Shown here: piece after piece, positions 28,001 to 38,929 of the stretch
How the letters are laid out: the number at the start of each line of letters is the position of its first letter
Numbering within the stretch: the stretch's first letter is position 1
Source of the DNA: Balanoglossus misakiensis
Lineage: Eukaryota > Animalia > Hemichordata
Direction of reading: 5' to 3'
Assembly (NCBI GenBank): GCA_040954595.2
Contig: CM082590.2
Coordinates: 3,286,001 to 3,350,000 of the forward strand
DNA length: 64,000 nucleotides
Made by a program: the position numbers and the translations under genes
Notes under the pieces: model-generated
What the model was told of the DNA's origin: nothing
Database searches by the model: none
The model's input: only the letters and a program-made list of their open reading frames with translations

Positions 28001-31000
28001 ACTAACCTGGGGATTTACAATCAACTTTAAATCCCCATATGCATTATATTCTAATATCAATGTGAAGGGCTTGAAACACCATCTATCATGATGCATCATC
28101 AAGCTTGCTTCACCATTTTCCCTGATGCAAAAAATCAGATTTAGTGTCATGGTAGCATTAGCAAATCCCTATATGCATTTGATACCCATGTCAAAGTGAA
28201 GTGTTTGCATCACTATCTACCGTGATGCATCATCAAGCTTGCATCGCCATTCACCCTTATGCAAAGAATCAGATTCAATGTCACCGTTGCATTAGCAATG
28301 TCAAATTACAGTGCTTATGGCCACGTATTAACCTGAGGATTTACAGTCAACATTAAATACCCATGCATATCCATTAAATACCTATGTCAAAGTGCAGAGC
28401 TTGCATCACCATTTACTCTGATGCACCATTAGGCTTGCTACGCCATTTCCCCTAATGCAAAGAATCACATTCAATGTCACCATTGCATTAGCAATTTTAA
28501 ATTACAGTGTTTTTGGCCATGTATTAACCTATGGATTTGCAATTAACTTTAAATCCCCATATGCGTTATATTCCAATGTCAAGTGAAGGGCTTGAAACAC
28601 CATCTATCCTGATGCATCATCAAGCTTGCTTCACAATTTACCCTGATGCAAAAAATCACATTCAGCGTCACCATTTCATTAGCAATGTCAAATTACAGTG
28701 CTTATTGCCACGTATTAACCTGGGAATTTACAGACAACTTTAAATACCCATGCATATACATTAAATACCTATGTCAAAGTGCAGAGCTTGCATCACCATC
28801 TACTCTGATGCATCATTAGGTTTGCATCGCCATTCCCCATAATGCAAAGAATCAGATTCAATGTCACCCTTGCATTAGCAATTTTAAATTACAGTGCTTT
28901 TGGACATATATTAACCTGGGGATTTACAGTCGACATTAAATACCCATGCATATGCATTAAATATCTATGTCAAAGTGCAGAGCTTGCATCACCATCTACT
29001 CTGATGTACCATTATGCTTGCTACGCCATTTCCCCTAATGCAAAGAATGACATTCAATGTCACCATTGCATTTGCAATTTTAAATTACAGTGCTTTTGGC
29101 CATGTATTAACCTAGGGATTTTCAATCAACTTTAAATCCCCATATGCGTTATATTCCATTGTCAATGTGAAGGGCTTGAAACACCATCTGTCCTGATGCA
29201 TCATCAAGCTTGCTTCACAATTTACCCCGATGGAAAGAATCAGATTTAATGTCACGGTAGCATTAGCAATGTCAAACTACAGTGCTTATGGCCACGTATC
29301 AACCTGGGGATTTACAATCAATTTTAAATCCCCATATGCGTTATATTCCAATGTCAATGTGAAGGGCTTGAAATACCTTCTACCCTGATGCATCATCAAG
29401 TTTGTTTTGACAACTTTAAATCCCCCTCAGCATGCATTTAATCCTCATGTCAAAGTGCAGAGCTTGCATCACCATCTATCCTGATGCATCATCAAGCTGT
29501 TTCGCCATTAACCCTGATGCAAATAATCAGTGTCACCATAGCATTAGCAATGGCAAATAAAAGTGCTTTCGGCCACATATTAACCCAGGGATTTATAATC
29601 AACTTGAAATCCCCATATGAATTATATACCTATGTCAAAGCGAAGTGCTTGCATCAATATCTACCGTGATGCATCATCAAGCTTGCTTCGCCATTTGCCC
29701 TAATGCAAAGAATCAGATTCAATGTCACTGTAGCATTAGCAATGTCAAATTACAATGATTATGGCCACGTATTAACCTGGGGATTTACAGACAACTTTAA
29801 ATACCCATGCATATACATTTAATACCTATGTCAAAATGCAGAGCTTGCATCACCATTTACTCTGATGCACCATTAAGCTTGCTTCACCATTTGCCCTGAT
29901 GCAATGAATCAGATTAAATGTCACCGTTGTATTATCAATGTCAAATTACGGTGCTTTTGGACTTGTATTAACTCAGGGATTTACAGTAAACTTTTAATCC
30001 CCCTGTATACATTTTAAACCCTGGTGTCAAAGTTTAGTGATTGCATCACCATTGACCCCGGTGCATCATCAAGCATTCTTCAGAATTTGCCCTGATGCAA
30101 AGAATGAGATTCAATATCACCCTTGCATTAGCAATTTTAAATTACAGTGCTTTTGGACATGTATTAACCTGTGGATTTACAGTCAACATTAAATACCCAT
30201 GCACATGCATTAAATACCCATGTCACAATGCATAGCTTGCATCACCACCTACACCAATGCATCATTAAGCTTGCTTAGCCATTTCCCCTAATGCAAAGAA
30301 TTACATTCAATGTCACCATTTCATTAGCAATGTCATATTACATTGCTTTTGGACGCGTATTAACCCAGGGATTTGTAATCAACTTGAAATCCCCATATGC
30401 ATTTAATACCCATGTCAAAGTGAACTGTTTGCATCACTATCTACTGTGATACATCATCAAGCCTGTATCGCCATTTACCCTGATGCATAGGATCACATTC
30501 AATGTCACCGTTGCATTTGCAATGTCAACTAAAATTTCTTTTGGCCACATATTAACCTAGGAATTTACAATCAACTTTAAATCCTCATATGCATAGTATT
30601 CCAATATCAATGTGAAGGGCTTGAAACATCATCTATCCTGATGCATCATCAAGCTTGCTTCACCATTTTCCCTGATGCAAAGAATCAGATTTAGTATCAC
30701 GGTAGCATTAGCAATGTCAAATTACAGTGCCTATGGCCACGTATTAACCTCGGGATTTACGGACAACTTTAAATACCCATGCATATACATTTAATACCTA
30801 TGTCAAAGTGCAGAGCTTGCATCACCATTTACTCCGATGCATTATTAAGCTTGCTTCACCATTTTCCCTGATGCAAAGAATCAGATTAAATGTCACCGTT
30901 GTATTAGCAATGTCAAATTAAAGTGCTTTTGGACTTGTATTAACCTGGGGATTTACAGTCAACTTTTAATCCCCCTGTATACATTTTAAACCCCGGTGTA

Positions 31001-32424
31001 AAAGTTTAGTGATTGCATCACCATTGACCCTGGTGCATCATCAAGCATTCTTCAGAATTTGCCCTGATGCAAAGAATCAGATTCAATGTCACCCTTGCAT
31101 TAGCAATTTTAAATTACAGTGCTTTTGGACATGTATTAACCTAGGGATTTACAGTCAACATTAAATACCCATGCACATGCATTAAATACCTATGTCAAAA
31201 TGCATAGCTTGCATCACCATCTACTCCAATGCATCATTAAACTTTTAGCCATTTCCCCTAATGCAAAGAATTACATTCAATGTCACCATTTCATTAGCAA
31301 TGTCAAACTACAGTGCTTTTGGGTGCGTATTAACCCAGGGATTTGTAATCAACTTGAAATCCCCATATGCATTTAATACCCATGTCAGAGTGAACTGTTT
31401 GCATCACTATCTACCGTGATGCATCATCAAGCCTGTATCGCCATTTACCCTGATGCATAGAATCAGATTCAATGTCACCGTTGCATTAGCAATGTCAAAT
31501 AAAAGTGCTTTTGGCCATGTATTAACCTAGGGATTTACAATCAACTTTAAATCCCCATATGCATTATATTCAAAAGTCAATGTGAAGGGCTTCAAACACC
31601 ATCTATCCTGATGCATCATCACGTTTGCTTCACCATTTATCCATATTCAATGTCACGCTTGCATTAGTAATTTTAAATTACAGTGCTTTTTGCCATGTAT
31701 TAACCTCGGGATTTAGAGTCAACTTTAAATATCAATGCGCATGCATTAAATACCCATGTCAAAGTGAAGTGTTTGCATCACTATCTACCGGGATGCATCA
31801 TCAAGCTTGCATCGCCATTTACCCTGATGCAAAGAATCAGATTCAATATCATCGTTGCATTAGCAATGTCAAATTACAGTGCTTATGGCCACGTATTAAC
31901 CTGAGGATATACAATCAACTTTAAATCCCCATATGCGTTATATTCCAATGTCAATGTGAAGGGCTTGAAACACCATCTATCATGATGCATCATCAAGCTT
32001 GCTTCACAATTTACCCTGATGCAAGAATCAGATTTAGTGTCACGGTAGCATTAGCAATGTCAAATTACAGTGCTTTTGGCCACGTATTAACCTGGGGATT
32101 TACAGTCAACATTAAATACCCATGCACATGCATTAAATACCTATGTCAAAGTGAAGTGTTTGCATCACTATCTACCTGGCTGCATCATCAAGCTTGCATC
32201 GCCATTCCCCCTAATGCAAAGAATCAGATTCAATGTCATCGTTGCATTAGCAATGTCAAATAAAATTGCTTTTGGACACGTATTAACCCAGGGATTTCAG
32301 TCAACTTTTAGTATCCCTGTATGCATTTTAAACCCCGGTGTCAACGTTTAGTGATTAACTTCTTTGCTATTTAAACATTACATTTTGAATAAAAGGGGTG
32401 AAATGGGATTAAAGTTTATAGTGA

Positions 32425-32508
32425 CATATCGAAAAGAATCTATTTCAATTCGTTCATTTCTGAAATCATATCGAAAAGAATCTATTTCTATTCGTTCATA
32501 TCTGAAAT
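32425..32508 (+). repeat. 42 bp tandem duplication
   Basis: CATATCGAAAAGAATCTATTTC at 32425 and 32467. Confidence 0.9.
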
Positions 32509-33118
32509 ATGATAATACGAATATGCATGTTTTATTCGCCATATATGAACACCAATGAAAAGTTATGTTTCCAGCTTAGGTATCGGTGGATTTGAACCAC
32601 CTGACATCAGAAGACGCCTCCAGAATACCTTTAAATTGGTTGCATAATTTTCATGTGAATGTTCATAATATAGCGAGTGATTAATCCCTAATTTATTGTT
32701 TTGGGGGGGGGGGTGGGGGTGGGGGGGGGAGTTCAAGTAGCATATCTTGCAGGCCAATTTGAAACAATGTGTCATGTGGTTAAACTGAAAGAAATTAACC
32801 AATATAGTTTCAGCTCTTTTTGAAACAAGGTGTCATTTGGTTGAACAATGGGCCAGTCAAAATAGCATCTGCTAATTATGCACACAATAGTGTGATGGGT
32901 TAGTGGGTTAAGTTTACTTTTACCTTAGCGTTATATAACACACTATCGTGTACATAATCTCGCAGAGCTCATTCACAATTGTTTTAAAATAAAGCAAGAT
33001 AACTACATGTATGATAACACACATCTAATTTACGCGCCTAAAGGGCAGTTAAAAAACCTCATACCAATTACAAAAGAGGGAAAAAAAACTGTCCTCTCCT
33101 CCTCTCACCCCATGATCT

Positions 33119-33850
33119 AAGCTAAATTTGGAATTTGGATGGGGTGGGGAGGTTAAGCTAACCTAACATTGTGCTAACATTTTCTGCCTGTCTGTCGCGT
33201 ACAATGTGTCGATGCGCGAATACAATCACGGGTACCGTTGCGAGAAATTCCACCGAATAACGATGCTGACGAGTATTATCTATCTGAGAAATAATAGCAT
33301 GTTATTCATAAAATATACACATTAACCAATGAATGAACCAACATGATTATTAGACCTTGGACACTTATTTAACATTTTATCATTATTATACCTCTGTCAT
33401 CATCATCAATATTAACACCCTTTTTATACTTAATATCACCATAAGCCATCACCACAATTATTAATCGTTATTATACCCTTGCACAATTGTTACCCTTATT
33501 AAACCCGACACAGTTATTACTATTATTATACCCTTCTCATTCATATACCCATTATAACCTGTGTACACAAGCCATCATCATATTATAAACCCGTTATACC
33601 TTTATACCACATTTGTTACCCTAATATTATTCCCTTCATACAAGCAACCGTTGTTACCCCTTTATAACCTGTGTACACTCAAATTTTACCATAAAACCAC
33701 CATCACATTTGTAACCCTTTTATTAAACCAAATTCAAATTTGTTCACCGTTATTATACCATACACATTTCGGAACCTATTATCATACCCTGCACAACGCC
33801 ATTGCTGTTAACCTAATTTTAAAACAAGTAATCACTACCAATTATTAACC
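33119..33850 (+). repeat. Dispersed repeat, copy 2 (copy 1 at 1177-1805)
   Basis: Same orientation as copy 1, diverged with indels. Confidence 0.85.
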
Positions 33851-33950
33851 CGATTTATTGGACTATTAAGTTTTATATTACGATCACCTCGTTTTGTACG
33901 TCTATATTACTCTATCTTATAATTTTGGTCAATAGGATATTATGTTGAAA

Positions 33951-34550
33951 CTCCACTTCTCCATTCTTCCACTTCTCCATCCTTTAGGTTGACGCTCCAT
34001 CCATCCATCCATCAAAGTTTATATTAGTAGGTTGACTATGGTTGACTCTCCGCTCCATCCTCCCATCAAATTTTACGTTAGTTGGTTGATTATGGTGTTA
34101 CCAGTGTGCCCTACAGGAAAGAAAAAGAGGAAAAAACAGAGAAAAAACTCCACTTCTCCATCCTTCCACTTCTCCATCCTTTAAGTTGACGCTCCGCGGC
34201 ACCATCCATCCATCAAAGTTTATATTTTAGTAAGTTGACTATGGTTGACGCTCCGCTCCATCCATCCATCAAAGTTTATATTAGTAGGTTGACTATGGTT
34301 GACGCTCCGCTCCATTCATCCATCAAAGTTTATATTAGTAGGTTGACTATGGTTGACGCTCCCCTCCATCCATCCATCAAAGTTTATATTAGTAGGTTGA
34401 CTATGGTTGACACTCCGCTCCATCCATCCATCAAATTTTACGTTAGTAGGTTGATTATGGTGTTACCATTGGGGCCTACAGGGAAAAAAAGAAAAAAAAG
34501 AGAAAAGAAGAGAAAAAAAGAAAGAAAGAAAGAAAGAGAGAGAGAAGGAG
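33951..34550 (+). repeat. Duplicated block containing a 54 bp minisatellite (2 and 5 units) and an AG-rich tail
   Basis: CTCCACTTCTCCAT starts at 33951 and 34148. Unit GTTGACTATGGTTGACGCTCCGCTCCATCCATCCATCAAAGTTTATATTAGTAG. Confidence 0.9.
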
Positions 34551-37271
34551 AAGAGTACCGGTGGGACCTACAAAAAAAAAAGAATGAAAGAATTAAATGC
34601 ATGAAATCAATGATAATAATAGGATTAATTTGGCAAGCCAGCCCAACCCAACATACTGCGGGTCAAGGGGTACATATCGTCAATTAATGAAAAAAAAATA
34701 AAGTGCAACAAACATTGGCTAGGTCAAAGCAGTTCCTATGGATACCAGAGAGTGCCAATGCTGTATCTGCTATGTATATAGGAAAGCAGATCAAAGGTCA
34801 CCAAGAGCTCACCCAAAATTGTCAACAAATGTTTCTTCCAAAATTATCAGTGTAAAATGAAAAACAAGACTTCTGGCTCTATTGGTTAACCTGGTAATTA
34901 GGTGTTCCAGCCCTCAAAATTTGAAGGCGTTATCTGCTGTGCATGCCAAGGCAGGGAAAATAGGTTAAAGGTAACCAAAGCTAACAAAAATGTCAGAAAA
35001 AAATGTGATCACATACTGGTGAATGTTCAAGAAAACCCAGACTCAAAGCTTCATTATCTAGTCTACAATTACGTAAGCACATATTTATAAGGTTATCATT
35101 GGTCAAGAAATTCAGCAAAAAAATTAAGTCCAATAGTAGAGCATGTTCATAAAAAATTCAACCTGTAACAATATGGGTAAGCTCAGCATTAGATATTCAC
35201 ATATTTAATAAGCTCAACATTGGTCCAGTGGATTCCAAATGTAACAAAAAAAGCTAAGTCCCATACTTGTCCATATACATCAAAAACCAAACCTCTAGTG
35301 CTATTAGTCTAGTCGCCATAAGATATTCAGAAAAGAATACAGGTGCCAAACTTAGGACAAAGTTCAATGCCAATATTATAAAAAAATTTGGGTTATGTCC
35401 TGGCAGCAGTACTATTCGTGTGAAAAATAAATCATCACTGTTTTGCTTTTCAACAAGAGGCATATCCACGAATAATTAAGTTCTGAAAAAAAAATGGATC
35501 AAAGTACATGCGAAAGTTGCCAAAAAATGCAACGTATTCTGGTCATATGGTGACTCGTATCTATAAAAAGAATTGGTGTGCAATCAAAGTTTTTAATCAG
35601 AATTCATAAAATCCAATTTGGCTTCAATAAACTTTAATTAAGTTCTGAAAGATCTGGATCAAAAGACAAATGAAAGTTGCCTAAAAATTTGTATTATTAA
35701 GTGTTGGAAAAACTGGATTAAAGGACATGTGCAATATGCCAAAAATGGTAACATATTCTGGTCATATAGTGAGTCATATACATATAAATAATTTTTGTGC
35801 TATCAATGAGTAGGCCATAAATAGGAAATCTTAGTTTTAAATCGTTGTTCAGAAAATCCAATTTGGCTCCAATAAGGTTTAACCAATCACAATTCACTTG
35901 AAAACTTGATTAGAAAAAGTGTTTTAATGATATTTTTCAAAAATCTAATAAGGAATTCTAAGTCACATGACTACTAGCAATATTACAGTCAAACTTTGAA
36001 CTGCACAGTATATTCGAACTTGATTGTCCCTGTAGTTTTGGAAAAGAACTGTCATCTTTTAAAGGTTATCAGAAAATCCAATATGGCCACCCTGAAGAAG
36101 ACAATTAAAGGAACATGCAGCATTACAGGGACCAAAGCAGTTAGCATGGTTCCAACAGAAAGCAAACTCTGTATCTGTTGTGGATGCTTAGAAATGGTAG
36201 GTAAGCCAGAGGTCACGGAAATTTGTGGCAACAAATTTTGACATCAAACTGATCAGTGTTCAACAAAAAAACAGACTTTTATTCTCAATTGGTTAACTAG
36301 AAAAAGCTTATGTACACAACTTTTGTGTTAAAGTTTAATACTTTATTAGGTGTTTAAGGCCTAAAAATCTGAAGGCTGTATCTGCTGTGCAGGCCAGGTT
36401 ATGGGAAAGTACATCAAAGGTCATTGCCAAAATTATCAAAATATTTGGGTTATGTCCTGGCAGCAGTAGTACTCTTTGAACAAAATCATGACTGTTGAGC
36501 TTTTTATCAAGAGCCATATCCACATAAAATTAAGTTATGGAATTACTGGATCAAAGGACATGCGAGAGTCGCCAACAAATTGTTTAATCAAATACTGAAA
36601 AAAAACTGGATCAAAGAACATATGAAAGTTGTCAAAAAATGTAACATATTCTAGTCATATGGTGACTCGTATCCACAGAAAGAATTTGTGTGCTTTCAAT
36701 GAGTAGGATAAAAAAAGTAATTTTAGCTTTTAATCGGAGTTCAGAAAATCCAATTTGGCTCTGATAAGGTTAAACCAATCACAATTCACTTGAAAACTTG
36801 ATTAGAAAAAGATTTTCGTAATTTTTGAATGAGATTTTTAAAAAATCCAATAAGGCACCAAAAGTCACATGACCACTAATGATATTTTATCAAACTTTCA
36901 ACCGCACAGTAAATTAGAACTTGATTGGCCCTGTAGTTTATGAAAATGTCAACCTTTAAAGCTTATTAGAAAATCCAATATGGCCGCCATGAAGAAGACA
37001 ATTACAACTAAAAGTAGCATTGGAGGGACCAAGGTGTTAAGCATGGTTCCAACAGAAAGCAGAGGCTGTGTCTGTTGTGGATGCCCAGAAATGGTAAAGT
37101 ACGCCAGAGGTGAGGCAAAATGTGCCAACAAAATTTGATACCAAACTGATCAGTGTCCAACAAAAAGCAGACTTCTACGCTTTATTGGTTAACTTTAAAT
37201 AGCTCATATACATAATTAGTGTGTTAAAGTTAACACATGCACTTCATTAGGTGTTCCAGTCCTCTAAATTT

Positions 37272-38929
37272 ACAAGTGACCTATTGGTCAAATGAGCTCT
37301 GCTGACCTTAACAGTGTAACCTGGGCGATGATATGAATACCCTAGGTTTTAATTCATAACAATTGTATTCTATTGAACAAAACCAAACATAGACATCACA
37401 AGTATTTATCCAAATTCAGCTTGATTCATTGCACTAAAGAAAGAAAGAATTGAATTCTAAAGAACAACATCAAAAGGAAGTACCAATGTTCTAATTTGCA
37501 TATTCATGACCCCATCAAAATTCCAATAAAACAAAATCAGGTAGGGGCACCATAACACACATTCTACCAAATTTCAACTCCATCGTACATGTATTTAGGG
37601 AGAAGATTTTTTTACCAAAAATTATATTTTTAGATCTAATTTGCATATTTATGACCCCATCATATCCAAATTAGCAAAATCAGGTAGGGGCACCATAACA
37701 CACATTCCTACTAAATTTCAGCGCCATCGTACATGTAGTTAGGGAGAAGAAGATTTTTGACCAAAAATTCTATTTTTAGATCTAATTTGCATATTTATGA
37801 CCCAATCAAATCCAAATTAACAAAATCAGGTAGGGACACTATAACACACATTCCTACTAAATTTCAGCTCCATCGTACAAATAGTTAGGGAGAAGAAGAT
37901 TTTTTACCAAAAATTATATTTTTAGATCTAATTTACATATTCATGACCCGATCATATCCAAATTTATAAAATCAGGTACGGGCATCATAACACACATTCC
38001 TACCATATTTCAGCTCCATCGTACATGTAGTTAGGGAGAAGAAAATTTTTGACCAAAAATTATATTTTTAGATCTAATTTGCATATTTATGACCCCATCA
38101 AATCCAAATTTACAAAATCAGGTAGGGGCACCATAACACACATTCCTACCAAATTTCAGCTCCATTGTACATGTAGTTATGGAGAAGAAGATTTTTTACC
38201 AAAATTCTATTTTTAGATCTAATTTGCATATTTATGACCCCATCAAATCCAAATTTACAAAATCAGGTAGGGGCACCATAACACACATTCCTGCCAAATT
38301 TCAGGTCCATTGCACATGTAGTTGTGGAGAAGAAGATTTTTACCAAAAGTTCTATTTTTAGATCTAATTTGCATATTCATGACCCCATCAAATCCAAATT
38401 AACAAAATCAGTTAAAGGCACCATAACACATATTCCAACCAAATTTCAGCTAAATATGCCCAGTTGTTTTAAAGAAGAAGATTGAAATACAAAAAGTTGA
38501 CGGACGACAGACGACTGACGACAGACGACGGACGACGGACGGACACTTATCAACCTACTGCTACAGCTCGGCTGACACAAGTGACAGCAGAGCTAAAAAT
38601 CAGGTAGGGACACCATAACACACATTCCTACCAAATTTCAGCTCCATCGTACATGTAGTTAGGGAGAAGAAGATTTTTTTACCAAAATTTTTATTTTTAG
38701 ATCTAATTTGCATATTCATGACCCGATCAAATCCAAATTAACAAAATCAGGTAAGGGCACCATAACACACATTCTAACCAAATTTCAGCTAAATATGCCA
38801 AGTAGTTTTATAGAAGAAGATTGAAATACCAAAAGTTGACGGACGACGGATGACGGACGACAGACGACGGACAGACATTTATCAACCTACTGCTACAGCT
38901 CGGCTGACACAAGTGACAGCAGAGCTAAT
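37272..38929 (+). mobile_element. Non-autonomous Helentron-type element (HINE) with an internal 145-146 bp tandem array and a duplicated 3' end
   Basis: Inserted without TSD in CTCTAAATTT|AAAAGCTG (empty in sister units, e.g. near 40850). 5' ACAAG, short IR TGACC-TATT-GGTCA, subTIR AGCTCTGCTG (37295) pairing with CAGCAGAGCT at the 3' end. About 7 monomers (GATCT at 37633, 37779, 37925, 38071, 38216, 38361), a GACG/GACA microsatellite and a terminal hairpin. Confidence 0.85.

Larger units (their letters stand above)
5084..32356 (+). repeat. Satellite array of about 145 head-to-tail 191-196 bp monomers in several sequence classes
   Basis: AATGTCAAATTAC recurs at 6677, 6869 and 7061 (192 bp period), and the interval 11891-12087 is 196 bp. 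Classes differ in the middle segment: TTATATTCCAATGTCAATGTGAAGGGCTTGAAA, TAAATACCTATGTCAAAGTGCAGAGCTTGC, TTTATACCCATGTCAAAGCGAAGTGTTTGC and TTAAACCCCGGTGTCAAAGTTTAGTGATTGC. Orientation is uniform with no inserted foreign DNA seen. Confidence 0.98.

Noticed and set aside
5218-32351. Dozens of repeated 60-115 aa ORFs (MHHQACF..., FKPFTLTLEYNAYGDLK...)
   Set aside because: They are translations of the satellite on both strands. Monomers of 191 and 196 bp and other non-triplet indels break frames, and stops are fixed in the consensus.
5084-32356. CRISPR-like pattern of conserved boxes with variable middles
   Set aside because: The variable parts are homologous to each other and recur, the unit is 192 bp, there are no cas genes, and the context is eukaryotic.
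32703-32729. G-rich run as a functional G-quadruplex or boundary element
   Set aside because: Simple low-complexity tract with no supporting context.
34235-34687. 150 aa ORF with 18 aa repeats and a Lys/Arg tail
   Set aside because: Product of the 54 bp minisatellite and AG-rich tract, with a non-ATG start.
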